Below, one piece after another: positions 11,155-21,504 of a DNA stretch of 64,000 nt (its first letter is position 1; each line of letters begins with the position of its first letter). The position numbers were made by a program, and so were the translations under genes. The notes beneath the pieces are model-generated. The model made no database searches and was not told the origin of the DNA. It saw nothing but the letters and a program-made list of their open reading frames with translations. Source of the DNA: Candidatus Latescibacterota bacterium (GTDB lineage Bacteria > Latescibacterota > UBA2968 > UBA8231); contig OZ241889.1 of the NCBI GenBank assembly GCA_965203355.1, positions 4,000,001-4,064,000 on the forward strand, written 5' to 3'.

Positions 11155-11770
11155 GGTGGCCAAAATAGCGGGCAAAAAGCACCCGGACCTTGGTGGGCGA
11201 CAGTTCTACCCGGCGATCGATTGCAGCCAGCACCGGCACCGCTCCGTAGTGGGCGATAGCTTGGCAGTTGGCTGAGTTGGGGGGGCCGTTGACCACCACG
11301 CCCAAGACCGGACAACCGCGGCGGCGCAATTGCTCCAGCGTCAATAGCGTGTGATTGATGGTGCCCAACTCGCTGCGCGCCACCACCAGCACCGGCAGCT
11401 TCAGACTGACCATCAGATCGATCATCAGATGCCGATCGTCGAGCGGCACCATGACCCCGCCCGCTCCTTCGACGATCAAGTGCTTCTGCTTGGGCAAAGC
11501 GAAGCGGCTCATCTCGATTTGCACCCCCTCGCGCCGGGCCGCTTCGTGCGGCGACAGCGGAGCGCGCAAGCGATAGGTCTCCGGCAGAATGCGCTCGGCC
11601 GGCAAGCCAGTGACGCGCCGCACCCAATCGGCGTCTGCATCGGCCCCGCTTTGCACCGGCTTCCAATAGGCAGCCTCCAGCCCCACAGTCAGCAGTGCGG
11701 CAACGTACGACTTGCCAACGCCCGTATCCGTACCGGTGACGAACAAACGCACGGGGAGTTCAGCCGCCAC
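11147..11770 (-). CDS. bioD: Dethiobiotin synthase
   Basis: TGTDTGVGKS, WKPVQSG, VEGAGG, LGTINHTLL. Confidence 0.96.
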   Translation of the reverse strand: MAAELPVRLFVTGTDTGVGKSYVAALLTVGLEAAYWKPVQSGADADADWVRRVTGLPAERILPETYRLRAPLSPHEAARREGVQIEMSRFALPKQKHLIVEGAGGVMVPLDDRHLMIDLMVSLKLPVLVVARSELGTINHTLLTLEQLRRRGCPVLGVVVNGPPNSANCQAIAHYGAVPVLAAIDRRVELSPTKVRVLFARYFGHHG

Positions 11771-12566
11771 CGCCCCCGGCTTTCTCTATGGATAAATAGT
11801 GAATAACGCATGTAACCTCCACGCCGTTGGGACAGTCGCGATCCCAGCCGCGCAAGAGTTGGCGCAACTGAGCTGGTCCCAGGGAACTCAGCCGCACCGA
11901 CGTGTGGGCTCCCGTGCCCTTGAAGTGGCGCAAAAAAGCGCGGGCGGTCGGAAAACGCCGGGCCATCACTTGCTCCCATTGGCGCACGGCAACCGGCGCG
12001 GCGGCGAATGCACGGGCGACCGCAGCTAAGTCGGGCAAGGCGTTGGCACTACAGGGGATGCCTTGCCGCGCACATTGACGGTGCCACTCGGCGTACGAAC
12101 CTGCCCCCGGATAGGAACAGATCAATCGCCCACCGGGTTTGAGCGCGGTCAGCAGCTTCTGTAACCCGGTGGGCAAATCGGCGAACCAGTGAACCACAAA
12201 GCTGGCGCAGATCAAGGCGTAGCGTCCCTCGCTTGCTAGCTGTTCCCCGTCCAAGACTCGATAGTGGAGGTCTGGATGGGAAACCTCAGTGGCCATTTTT
12301 TGCCGACAATGCGCGATCATGGCTGGCGCAAGGTCGGTCAGTTCCAAGCGTCGTTCGGGAAAGAGCACAGCCAAGGATGTACTCAAAAAGCCCGTGCCGC
12401 AACCAATTTCGAGCACCGGGCCTTCCACTAGGTTTTCGGCGCATTCGGCCGCACATTTAGCCAAAGTAGCGGCCCCGGCGCGCTGCTCCTCGGCATGGCA
12501 ATCGTACGTCGGGGCACTGCGGGAGAAACTTTCGCTGACGCGCGCTTTGAAATTCCCTTCCATCAT
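11760..12566 (-). CDS. bioC: Malonyl-ACP O-methyltransferase (BioC-like)
   Basis: F.R.A.TYD..A..Q start, LEIGCGTG SAM motif; ATGA overlap with upstream gene. Confidence 0.85.
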   Translation of the reverse strand: MMEGNFKARVSESFSRSAPTYDCHAEEQRAGAATLAKCAAECAENLVEGPVLEIGCGTGFLSTSLAVLFPERRLELTDLAPAMIAHCRQKMATEVSHPDLHYRVLDGEQLASEGRYALICASFVVHWFADLPTGLQKLLTALKPGGRLICSYPGAGSYAEWHRQCARQGIPCSANALPDLAAVARAFAAAPVAVRQWEQVMARRFPTARAFLRHFKGTGAHTSVRLSSLGPAQLRQLLRGWDRDCPNGVEVTCVIHYLSIEKAGGGGG

Positions 12567-13222
12567 ACAGGCTGCATTCCGCGCCAAGCCCATTCAACGC
12601 GCTCCCAACACGCGCGGACATGGGTCAGGGGCAGCGCATGGCCTGCCTCCGCGACGATGGCGAGCACGCTGTTCGGCAACAACTCGCGCAGTTCCTCGGC
12701 CCGCTCCACAGGCACCACGCGGTCGCGACTGCCGTGCAAGATGAGCACCTGTGCGGCGGCTGGCATCGCGCTTAGTGCTAGCACGCTCTCCTGCAATAGC
12801 TGCAAATCGCGGCGCAAGCCATCGGCGTTGGCGATCTCGGGCCAGTTTCTGTCCGGCACCGCGCCACAACGGGCGTAAAAATCGGCCAACAAGGCCGCGG
12901 GCTCGCGCCCCAAGCGCACCAGCATCTGCTCTACCGTGCGGCGCGAGTGCCAAGCCTGACGAGCACGGGAGGAGTGAAAACTGCGAAAGCCGCTGATAAC
13001 CACGATCAACTCCGCTGCCCATAGCTGAGGCGACAACAGATGCAAGCCGAAAGAGTGCGCCAAGACGATGCGCGGCCGAGCCGCAACCGCCACGGCTGGG
13101 CCGAAGTACCCTCGGTCCGGGCAGTGCAGCGCAAAGCTAGCGGGCAAAACATCCCGCCAGCGATCCCAGCACCAAGCACCAAAGCCCCACCCGTGCTGAG
13201 CGACCACGTCAACGGCGGCCAT
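12563..13222 (-). CDS. bioH: Pimeloyl-ACP methyl ester esterase (BioH-like alpha/beta hydrolase)
   Basis: HGWGF oxyanion loop, AHSFG nucleophile elbow, HGSRDRVV, AGHALP; between bioF and bioC. Confidence 0.75.
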   Translation of the reverse strand: MAAVDVVAQHGWGFGAWCWDRWRDVLPASFALHCPDRGYFGPAVAVAARPRIVLAHSFGLHLLSPQLWAAELIVVISGFRSFHSSRARQAWHSRRTVEQMLVRLGREPAALLADFYARCGAVPDRNWPEIANADGLRRDLQLLQESVLALSAMPAAAQVLILHGSRDRVVPVERAEELRELLPNSVLAIVAEAGHALPLTHVRACWERVEWAWRGMQPV

Positions 13223-14375
13223 CGCGCCACTTCTGTAGCAGTTCCACCAGCACATCGAGGTCGCTCCGCTGATGCAGGGCACTGAGCGTCAAGCGAATCC
13301 GCGCCCGCCCCGGCTCAACCGTGGGAGGGCGTATGGCCACCGCTAGGACGCCGTTTTCTTCTAGATAGGCGTTCAGAGCCAGCGCATCGCCCTCCGCACC
13401 CACCATTAGCGGCACGATCTGCGCGGTCGCCGCACCCGTGTCCCAGCCTTGTGCTTTGAGTGCGCCGCGCAAATAGTCGGCATGGGCGAGCAATGTTCGG
13501 CGCGCGGCCTCCATTTGCGGTACCAACTCTAGCGCCGCATCCACTGCACCCAAGACGGCCGGCGGCAGCGCGGTCGTATAGATGAATCCCGGGCAACAGT
13601 TGACCAAGTACTCCCACAGCTTCTCGCCGCAGGCCACGTACGCCCCAAAAGACCCGAGTGCCTTGCCGAACGTACCCACGCATACGTCCACATCCTTGCC
13701 GCACGTCAGCCCCATCCCCTGCTGGCCCAAAACGCCCGTGGCGTGCGCTTCGTCGATGACCAGCAAGGCATCGAATTCCCCAGCCAACTCGACGAGCGCG
13801 TCAAGGTCGCTTATATCGCCGTCCATGCTAAACAGCGATTCGGTGACAATCACCCGGCGCGAGTGGTCCGCCCCGGCGCTTTCCGCCAGCAGGGCGCGCA
13901 GGTGATCCAAGTCGCCGTGGCGGTAGCGCCGCAGCCGACAGCGCCCCAAGACCGCCCCTTGCACCAAGCTGTTGTGACAGAGCCGGTCGAGCAGGACGAG
14001 TGCTCGCCGATCAACCAGCGTCGGTAGCAGTGAAACATTGGCCTGATAGCCAGAATTGAACACCAACGCCCGCTCGGTCTGCTTGAGCTTTGCCAAGGTC
14101 TGCTCCACCTCGGCAAAGCCCGGCCGGGAGCCACAAATCAAGCGCGCGGCCGTAGCACCGGCCCCGTAGCACTCGACGAACTCAATGGCCCGCGTCTGTA
14201 AAAGCGGGTGCGACGCCAAGCCGAGATAGTCGTTGGAACTAAAATTGACCAACTCGCGGCCTTGTGTGCGAACGCACGTACCGCCGCACGGCTCCCAAGT
14301 CCGCAACGACCGCATCTGCCCGGCCTGTTGCCGCCGCGCCAATTCAGCGTGAATAAAATCGAATTTCGCCTGCAT
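13209..14375 (-). CDS. bioF: 8-amino-7-oxononanoate synthase
   Basis: SSNDYLGL, FSMDGD, DEAHATG, TFGKALG, IRPPTV. Confidence 0.96.
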   Translation of the reverse strand: MQAKFDFIHAELARRQQAGQMRSLRTWEPCGGTCVRTQGRELVNFSSNDYLGLASHPLLQTRAIEFVECYGAGATAARLICGSRPGFAEVEQTLAKLKQTERALVFNSGYQANVSLLPTLVDRRALVLLDRLCHNSLVQGAVLGRCRLRRYRHGDLDHLRALLAESAGADHSRRVIVTESLFSMDGDISDLDALVELAGEFDALLVIDEAHATGVLGQQGMGLTCGKDVDVCVGTFGKALGSFGAYVACGEKLWEYLVNCCPGFIYTTALPPAVLGAVDAALELVPQMEAARRTLLAHADYLRGALKAQGWDTGAATAQIVPLMVGAEGDALALNAYLEENGVLAVAIRPPTVEPGRARIRLTLSALHQRSDLDVLVELLQKWRDGRR

Positions 14376-14482
14376 AAAGGTGAAGCTGTGCCAAAGGGTC
14401 CGTCCCAGCAAGCCGCCTCCGGGCTTGCCGCGCAAGGTGCGCCGCTCTATACTATCGCCGGTGAACTTGCTCCGCGGCTGCC

Positions 14483-15379
14483 ATGGCGACGACGACCCAT
14501 AAAATTACCGTTTCTTCGCTCCAGTCCAAAAAGGAACGCGGCCAGAAAATCTGCATGTTGACGGCCTACGACTATCCCACGGCCGCGCTGCAAGACGAAG
14601 CGGGCCTCGACGTGATCTTGGTCGGCGATTCCGTGGGCACCAACGTCTTGGGCTATCGCGGCCCACAGCAGGTGACTATGGAAGACATCCTCCACCACCT
14701 GCGGGCCGTGCGCCGGGCCGTGCGCCGGGCCTTTCTCCTCGCCGATCTACCCTTCATGTCCTTTCAGCCGTCGGTCGAGACCGCGGTCAAAAACGCCGGG
14801 CGCTTGGTGCAGGAGGGCGGAGCCGAAGGCGTCAAATTGGAAGGCGGCTTGCCGGTCTTGCCGCAGCTAAAAGCCATCGTCAATGCCGGCATTCCGGTCG
14901 TCGGCCACCTTGGCTTTACCCCGCAGTCCCAAGCCAGCGAATTCTACCTGTTCAGCGACCGGCGCGGCACTGTGCCCAAGTTCCACGGCAAAGGACCGAA
15001 GGGAGCCAAGGCCCTGGTCGATCAAGCCCAGCGCATGGAGGACGCCGGCGTCTTCGCCTTGGTCTTGGAGATGGTTACAGAAGAGGCCGCCCGCGCCATA
15101 GCCGAGCGGCTCAAAATCCCGGTCATCGGCATTGGCGCTGGCCGCTATTGCGACGGCCAAGTGCTGATCGTCCACGACCTCGTCGGCCTCAACGAAGAAG
15201 ACCTAATTTTGACCAAAGCCTACGGCCAAACGCGCCAAGCTTGGCTCGAAATGTTCAGATCGTACAGCCGAGAAGTAGCCGCCGGCCGCTTTCCCACGGC
15301 CGAAAATACAGCGCACATGGCCCCGGAAAAACGCGCCCAACTAGCCCAACTACTCAGCGATAACAGACCAGATCGCTAA
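14483..15379 (+). CDS. panB: 3-methyl-2-oxobutanoate hydroxymethyltransferase
   Basis: LTAYD, LVGDS, VKLEGG, GHLGFTPQ, IGIGAG, DGQVL. Confidence 0.97.
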   Translation: MATTTHKITVSSLQSKKERGQKICMLTAYDYPTAALQDEAGLDVILVGDSVGTNVLGYRGPQQVTMEDILHHLRAVRRAVRRAFLLADLPFMSFQPSVETAVKNAGRLVQEGGAEGVKLEGGLPVLPQLKAIVNAGIPVVGHLGFTPQSQASEFYLFSDRRGTVPKFHGKGPKGAKALVDQAQRMEDAGVFALVLEMVTEEAARAIAERLKIPVIGIGAGRYCDGQVLIVHDLVGLNEEDLILTKAYGQTRQAWLEMFRSYSREVAAGRFPTAENTAHMAPEKRAQLAQLLSDNRPDR

Positions 15380-15400
15380 TCCTTCGAGAGGAAACTTTCT

Positions 15401-16906
15401 ATGCGCTTACTCTACACTGCTGCCCTGATCATGTGGACGACGGTCCCCTCGCTAGCCCAAGACGCCGGACAAGGTTGGATTCAAGCGCTAGATAGCCTCT
15501 TTGGCGATACTGTGGCCCTGATGGAAGACGTGCTCTTCGCCGATCTAGGCACCCAGATACCACTCATCATCTGGGTGCTGGTCTTGGGCGGCATCTACTA
15601 TTCCTTCTACTTCGGCTGGATCAACCTGCGCGGGTTCCGCCACTCCATCGACGTCATAAGGGGCCGCTACGACAATCCCGACGATCCAGGCGAGATCTCC
15701 CATTTCCAAGCGTTGACCAGCGCCCTATCAGCTACCATCGGCTTGGGCAACATAGCTGGCGTGGCCATTGCCCTGAGCTTGGGCGGCCCCGGCGCGATCT
15801 TCTGGATGCTCCTCACCGCCCTGTTCGGCATGTCATCCAAGCTCGCCTCCTGCACCTTGGCCATCATGTACCGCAAAATTCACCCCGATGGCCGGATATC
15901 GGGCGGCCCCATGTATTACTTAGAACACGGACTGAGTGCCAAAGGGCTGCGGCCATTGGGCCGCACCCTCGCCGTTGTGTTTGCTTTCTTGACTATCGGC
16001 GGCTCCCTCGGCGGCGGCAACATGTTCCAGTCCAATCAGACGGTCGAGATACTCAGCACTATAGCCCCGGCTGTCGGCGAATACAATTGGCTCATTGGCC
16101 TGCTCTTCGCCTCATGCGTCTCTATAGTCATCATCGGCGGCATCAAGCGGATCGGAAGCGTCACGTCGCGGATCGTCCCCTCCATGTGCGTACTGTACGT
16201 GTCCGTCTCGCTGCTCATCATCCTGTCGAACATCGCCCAAGTGCCCGCCATGATTGCGACCATTTTCCGCGAGGCATTCTCGCCGCAAGCCATATACGGA
16301 GGTTTTTTGGCCGTCCTAGTCATGGGCGTCAAACGCGCCGCTTTCTCCAACGAGGCCGGCCTCGGCTCGGCGGCCTTTGCCCACTCAGCGGCCCGCACCA
16401 ACGAGGCCGCCCGCGAGGGCATGGTCGCCATGATCGGCCCTTTCATCGACACGATTGTCATCTGCTTGATGACCGCTTTGGTCTGCATGATAACCGGCGT
16501 TTACGCCGATCCGCAGTTCCAAGCCCACGAGGGCTTCATCGCCGGAGCCAAAATGACCGCGGCCGCCTTTGATTCCTTCATTCCCGGCGCCCGCTACGTC
16601 CTCGCCATTGGCGTCATGCTCTTCGCCTACTCGACCATGATATCGTGGTCGTACTACGGAGAACGGGCGTGGGAATACCTCTTTGGCAACCGATCCATTC
16701 TCGTGTACCGCATCATTTTCGTATTCTTCGTGTTTTTAGGGGCGATTACCGCGCTCGACAACGTGCTCTCCTTTTCCGACATGATGATTCTCGGCATGGC
16801 CTTCCCCAACATCATCGGCGGCGTCATTCTCAGCCCGCAGATCAAGGCGTGCCTGCAAGAGTACTGGGGCCGGTTAAAAAGCGGCCAGATGCGGCGTTAC
16901 AAGTAG
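15401..16906 (+). CDS. Alanine/glycine:cation symporter (AGCS family)
   Basis: TIGLGNIAGVA, GGPGAIFWM, SNEAGLGS motifs; multi-TM. Confidence 0.93.
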   Translation: MRLLYTAALIMWTTVPSLAQDAGQGWIQALDSLFGDTVALMEDVLFADLGTQIPLIIWVLVLGGIYYSFYFGWINLRGFRHSIDVIRGRYDNPDDPGEISHFQALTSALSATIGLGNIAGVAIALSLGGPGAIFWMLLTALFGMSSKLASCTLAIMYRKIHPDGRISGGPMYYLEHGLSAKGLRPLGRTLAVVFAFLTIGGSLGGGNMFQSNQTVEILSTIAPAVGEYNWLIGLLFASCVSIVIIGGIKRIGSVTSRIVPSMCVLYVSVSLLIILSNIAQVPAMIATIFREAFSPQAIYGGFLAVLVMGVKRAAFSNEAGLGSAAFAHSAARTNEAAREGMVAMIGPFIDTIVICLMTALVCMITGVYADPQFQAHEGFIAGAKMTAAAFDSFIPGARYVLAIGVMLFAYSTMISWSYYGERAWEYLFGNRSILVYRIIFVFFVFLGAITALDNVLSFSDMMILGMAFPNIIGGVILSPQIKACLQEYWGRLKSGQMRRYK

Positions 16907-16909
16907 AGC

Positions 16910-18673
16910 TCAGGGAGCGTCTCCACCTTCCAACCACTCGCGGTCTGCGGCCAAGTAAATCTCCTCGACCTCCAAGTCGGCAAAGGCCGCAGACCAGCGC
17001 TGCCAACTCACCCGTTCCTCCTGCGCCTGCACCCGCAACCGCACCACGAAGGCAAAGCGATTGAGCGCGAACGTCAGCGTGGTGACCTTGCCGCCCCTCA
17101 GATCGACCTCTACCTGCTGAGTCTGTCCGCCATAACTCAACTCGACCCAATGCTTGCCAGCCGGCAGATTGTGGAAAAGCAGCCCCTGATAGCCGCGCTT
17201 GAGCAATTCGAGCGAGTAACGACCATCCAAGCGCACCGCGACATCCTCTGTGATCTCGCTGCCGATGGGCGCCAATACCAAAGCCAGCCAAGCGTCGAGA
17301 TCGTCGAATAGCAACTCGTCGGCCGTGGCGGTGGCAAGGGCTAGCGGTGCCTCTTGTACCATGGCCACGGGCCTTTGTTCCGGCATCCAAGCGGGCGGCG
17401 GCAGTTGGGGCGTGATGCTGCTTTTGCGCGTCAGCGCATACACCAAGATATTGGTCCCCGCCATCAGCGCGTAGGTCGCCGGCGGCGTTTCTCCTTCTTC
17501 CGTGTTGAAGCTGGCCTGCCAATAATTCCCCAACCATAAGTCGCTGATCACGGCGACCAACTCGCCATCGAGTTCGACGCCCCACAACCCCTCTGGCGGT
17601 GGCAAGACCGTGCCTAGATCGCTGGCTCGGGCGATCTCCTGTTCTTCCTGCAAGGCCAAAATCTCATAGCGATTGTTGACTGGATAATGCCAAGAGGGAT
17701 TGTCTCCGGCGTCCTCAATGCGCGATTTATCCTCGCCGGGAAAGCCGCCGCCGAACTCGTAAAAGGAATGATATATCGGATGCGAGGTCGGCAGGGGTCC
17801 CAAGCGCGCCTCAGGCCCCAAAATTTCGCGCAGTTGGTCCTTCATTTCGCGCAAATAGCGGTTGGTCCGGCGGCTGGTGCCCTCGATAAACAGGAATCCA
17901 CCCTCGCGTAGATAGCGGCCCAAAAGTGCCTTCTCCTCCGCATTAAACTTGGTCAGGATGTTCGGGTCGTACGCAGACAAGGAGTCCTCAAAGAGGAAGT
18001 GGATGGGATCCTTGAGCAGTTGCTCGGACAAGAAGTACTCGTAGGTCTCGTCCCGCACCCGCGCCAACAGGTGAGTGTGGTCGCGCAAGTAGCGGCTCAG
18101 GGCGTCGAGCACGCCCCGCCCCGAACCAGCCCCATAGACGTGCAACTGGGTGAAGTTCACGTAGCCAGACAAGTCGCGTCGCGTCGCCCGACTGGGGATG
18201 ATAGCGGCGTGATCCTTGTTCGCCCGAGCCATATCCTCTATCCGCAACAGATCCATCGCGGCAACGCCCATGCTATCCGCCAAACCCAACGACGAGGGCG
18301 AGATCAGCTTTTCGCGCTCCAAAATCGGCGCATCTTCCTTCGCGCCCGCGGCCAGCTCGCGCAACGCCAAAGGGGCTGTAGGGGACTCTATCTCGGGCGG
18401 AGTCATCTCGCTTTCTAGGCTGGGGTCGCGGACGGCCACGGCTGGCCGGTCGGCTCGCAGATACTCCATCTCCACTTTCAACGCCTCAAAGTCCAAGCGG
18501 GGCAAGGGCGTCGGGCGGGGGGGCTTAAACTGCGGCGGGATGCGGGCAAGGCGCACGCGGAAGGCTTCCGCGTCCAACTCTTCGCGCCACAGATGATCGC
18601 CTAGATAAAGCGCGGTGAGATGTAGCAGCAGCGATGCCAGCAAACAAATATAGGCGGTTCGGTGCCTGCGCAC
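16910..18673 (-). CDS. Membrane-anchored DUF4159-domain protein
   Basis: N-terminal TM (ASLLLH), Pro-rich linker, YLREGGFLFIE and HPIYHSFYEF motifs, GTNILVYALT, beta-rich C-terminus. Confidence 0.65.
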   Translation of the reverse strand: MRRHRTAYICLLASLLLHLTALYLGDHLWREELDAEAFRVRLARIPPQFKPPRPTPLPRLDFEALKVEMEYLRADRPAVAVRDPSLESEMTPPEIESPTAPLALRELAAGAKEDAPILEREKLISPSSLGLADSMGVAAMDLLRIEDMARANKDHAAIIPSRATRRDLSGYVNFTQLHVYGAGSGRGVLDALSRYLRDHTHLLARVRDETYEYFLSEQLLKDPIHFLFEDSLSAYDPNILTKFNAEEKALLGRYLREGGFLFIEGTSRRTNRYLREMKDQLREILGPEARLGPLPTSHPIYHSFYEFGGGFPGEDKSRIEDAGDNPSWHYPVNNRYEILALQEEQEIARASDLGTVLPPPEGLWGVELDGELVAVISDLWLGNYWQASFNTEEGETPPATYALMAGTNILVYALTRKSSITPQLPPPAWMPEQRPVAMVQEAPLALATATADELLFDDLDAWLALVLAPIGSEITEDVAVRLDGRYSLELLKRGYQGLLFHNLPAGKHWVELSYGGQTQQVEVDLRGGKVTTLTFALNRFAFVVRLRVQAQEERVSWQRWSAAFADLEVEEIYLAADREWLEGGDAP

Positions 18674-18829
18674 GGAGCGTCTCTCTTTCTGCGTCGCCCA
18701 TCAGCGTGTGCGAGTGGTAGTATCTATAAATATAAATGATTGTAACAAAACGGTTTTTGCCAAGAAAACACGTGCTTGTTATCTTTTTCAGCCGACTAAA
18801 ACGGCCTACGCAAAGGAATTATTTCAGCC

Positions 18830-21490
18830 ATGAGCAACGCCCAAGAAATACAAGCCGAAATAAGCGAGTGGCTCGAATCCCTCGACTACGTGCTGGCCCA
18901 TAGGACGCCCGCGCAAGTACTCAAACTCCTACAACAGCTCCAAACTCACGCCGCAGAAGCCGGCGTCGGCACGCCCTTCAGCGTCAATACCCCCTACATC
19001 AACACCATTCCCCGCGATCAGCAGCCCCCCTATCCGGGTAGCCGCGAGATCGAGCGGCGGATCAAAAGCATCGTGCGCTGGAACGCCATGGCCATGGTCG
19101 TGCGCGCCAATCGCGACAACTCCAACCTCGGCGGCCACATCTCGACCTACGCCTCTTCAGCCACCCTCTACGAGGTCGGCTACAACCACTTTTTCCGCGC
19201 CCCGAGCAACGGCCATTCCGGCGACCAGATATACTTCCAAGGGCATGCTTCCCCCGGCATGTACGCCCGCGCCTTCGTCGAAGGCCGCCTCAACGAACAC
19301 CAGCTCGAAAACTTCCGCCGCGAATTGCAAGAAGGCGGTGGGCTCGCCTCCTATCCGCACCCTTGGCTAATGCCGAACTTTTGGCAGTTCCCAACCGTGT
19401 CTATGGGCTTGGGGCCCATCCTTTCGATCTATCAGGCGCGCTTCAACCGCTACCTCGAAAATCGCGGCCTCAAGCCCGCTGACGACAGCAAGGTGTGGGC
19501 CTTTTTGGGCGACGGCGAATGCGACGAGCCCGAGAGCTTGGGCGCACTCACCCTCGCTGCGCGCGAACAGCTCAACAACCTCATCTGGGTCGTCAACTGC
19601 AACCTCCAGCGCCTCGACGGCCCCGTGCGCGGCAACGGGAAGATAATACAAGAACTCGAAGCGGTCTTCCGCGGCGCTGGCTGGAACGTCATCAAGGTGA
19701 TCTGGGGCGATGACTGGGACCCGCTCTTGGAACAAGACGTCGACGGCAGCTTGGCCCAGCGCATGAACGAGGTCGTCGATGGCCAGTATCAGAAGTATTC
19801 GGTATCCGACGGCAGCTACATCCGCCACGACTTCTTCGGCTCAAGCCCAAAACTAGCGGCCATGGTCGAGGACTACTCGGACGAACAACTCCAGAAAATG
19901 CGGCGCGGTGGCCACGATCCAGCCAAGGTCTATGCCGCCTACCAGCAAGCCATCGCCCAAAAAAGCGCACCCACCGTCATCCTCGCCAAGACCGTCAAGG
20001 GCTACGGCATGGGCGAGGCCGGCGAGGGCAAGAACATCACCCATCAGCAAAAAAAGCTCAACGAAGACGAAATACGCCTTTTCCGCACCCGCTTTGGCAT
20101 CCCCATCTCGGACGACGAGGTCGCGGAGACGCCGTTCTACCGGCCCCCGGACGACAGCCCGGAAATCCAGTACATCCGCCAGCGGCGAGAAAGCCTCGGC
20201 GGTTTTATACCCCAGCGGCAGATAGCGGCCCCGCCGCTGACCATGCCGCCGGAAACGCTGTGGGAAGAATTCAAAAAAAGCTCGGGGCGGCGCGAGTTTG
20301 CCACGACGATGGCCTTCGTGTCGGTCATGCGCAAACTCATGCAAGACAAGCAAATCGGCAAGTTAATCGTCCCCATCGTCCCGGACGAATCGCGCACCTT
20401 TGGCATGGAGCCGCTCTTCCGCCAGTTTGGGATCTATTCGAGCTTAGGCCAGCTATACGAGCCGGTTGATAAAGACGTCATCACCTACTACAAAGAAGCC
20501 AAAGACGGCCAGATACTCGAAGAGGGCATCACCGAGGCTGGCTCTATGTCCTCCTTTATCGCGGCCGGCTCGGCCTATGCCACTCACGGCATCAACACCA
20601 TTCCCTTTTTCATTTACTACTCAATGTTTGGGATGCAGCGGATCGGCGATTTGGTCTGGCTGGCCGGCGACATGCGGGTCAAGGGTTTCATGGTCGGCGG
20701 CACGGCCGGGCGCACCACGCTCAACGGCGAGGGGCTGCAACACGCGGACGGACACAGCCACCTGTTGGCCTATCCAGTGCCCAATCTCGAAGCCTATGAT
20801 CCGGCCTTTGGCTACGAGATCGCCGTCATCATTCGCGAGGGCATTCGCCGCATGTATGTCGAGCAGGAGGACGTGTTCTACTACCTGACGGTCGAAAACG
20901 ACATCTACGCCATGCCGGAGATGCCCGACGGCGTCGAAGAAGGCATTCTCAAGGGCCTGTACAAGCTCAAGCCCTCGGCCAAGAAACGCGCCCGCCTCAA
21001 GGCCCACCTCTTCGGCAGCGGCGCAATCATCAACAGCACCCTCAAAGCACAGAGCATCCTCGAAGAAAAATACCAAGTCAGCGCCGATGTCTGGAGCATC
21101 ACCAGCTACAAAGCCCTGCACCGCGACGGGCTCGATGCCGAGCGTTGGAACCGCATGCATCCCGACGAAAAGCCCCGTCTCAGCTACATCGAACAATGCC
21201 TAGCCAAAGAGCGCGGCGTGTACGTCATGGCCTCAGACTACGTCAAGGCCCTCCCGGAGTCCATTGCCCGCTGGTTTCCCAACCCGCCCGTCGCCCTCGG
21301 CACCGATGGCTTCGGCCGCAGCGAGACCCGCGAAGCCCTGCGAGATCACTTTGAGGTCGATTACCGCTTCATTGCCTTAGGAGCCTTGAGCGCTCTGGCA
21401 CGCGAGGGACAAATCGAAAGCGACGCGGTCGTCCAAGCCATGCAAGACCTGGCGATTGACCCGGCAAAATCCAATCCCATTTACCTGTGA
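18830..21490 (+). CDS. aceE: Pyruvate dehydrogenase E1, homodimeric type
   Basis: GGHISTYAS, FPTVSMGLG, GDGECDEPE TPP motif, NCNLQRLDGP. Confidence 0.98.
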   Translation: MSNAQEIQAEISEWLESLDYVLAHRTPAQVLKLLQQLQTHAAEAGVGTPFSVNTPYINTIPRDQQPPYPGSREIERRIKSIVRWNAMAMVVRANRDNSNLGGHISTYASSATLYEVGYNHFFRAPSNGHSGDQIYFQGHASPGMYARAFVEGRLNEHQLENFRRELQEGGGLASYPHPWLMPNFWQFPTVSMGLGPILSIYQARFNRYLENRGLKPADDSKVWAFLGDGECDEPESLGALTLAAREQLNNLIWVVNCNLQRLDGPVRGNGKIIQELEAVFRGAGWNVIKVIWGDDWDPLLEQDVDGSLAQRMNEVVDGQYQKYSVSDGSYIRHDFFGSSPKLAAMVEDYSDEQLQKMRRGGHDPAKVYAAYQQAIAQKSAPTVILAKTVKGYGMGEAGEGKNITHQQKKLNEDEIRLFRTRFGIPISDDEVAETPFYRPPDDSPEIQYIRQRRESLGGFIPQRQIAAPPLTMPPETLWEEFKKSSGRREFATTMAFVSVMRKLMQDKQIGKLIVPIVPDESRTFGMEPLFRQFGIYSSLGQLYEPVDKDVITYYKEAKDGQILEEGITEAGSMSSFIAAGSAYATHGINTIPFFIYYSMFGMQRIGDLVWLAGDMRVKGFMVGGTAGRTTLNGEGLQHADGHSHLLAYPVPNLEAYDPAFGYEIAVIIREGIRRMYVEQEDVFYYLTVENDIYAMPEMPDGVEEGILKGLYKLKPSAKKRARLKAHLFGSGAIINSTLKAQSILEEKYQVSADVWSITSYKALHRDGLDAERWNRMHPDEKPRLSYIEQCLAKERGVYVMASDYVKALPESIARWFPNPPVALGTDGFGRSETREALRDHFEVDYRFIALGALSALAREGQIESDAVVQAMQDLAIDPAKSNPIYL

Positions 21491-21504
21491 GTTTAGGCCG
21501 CACT

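Noticed and set aside
14702-14730. Short tandem repeat of CGGGCCGTGCGC in panB
   Set aside because: Encodes RAVRRAVRRA within a conserved helix; coding coincidence.
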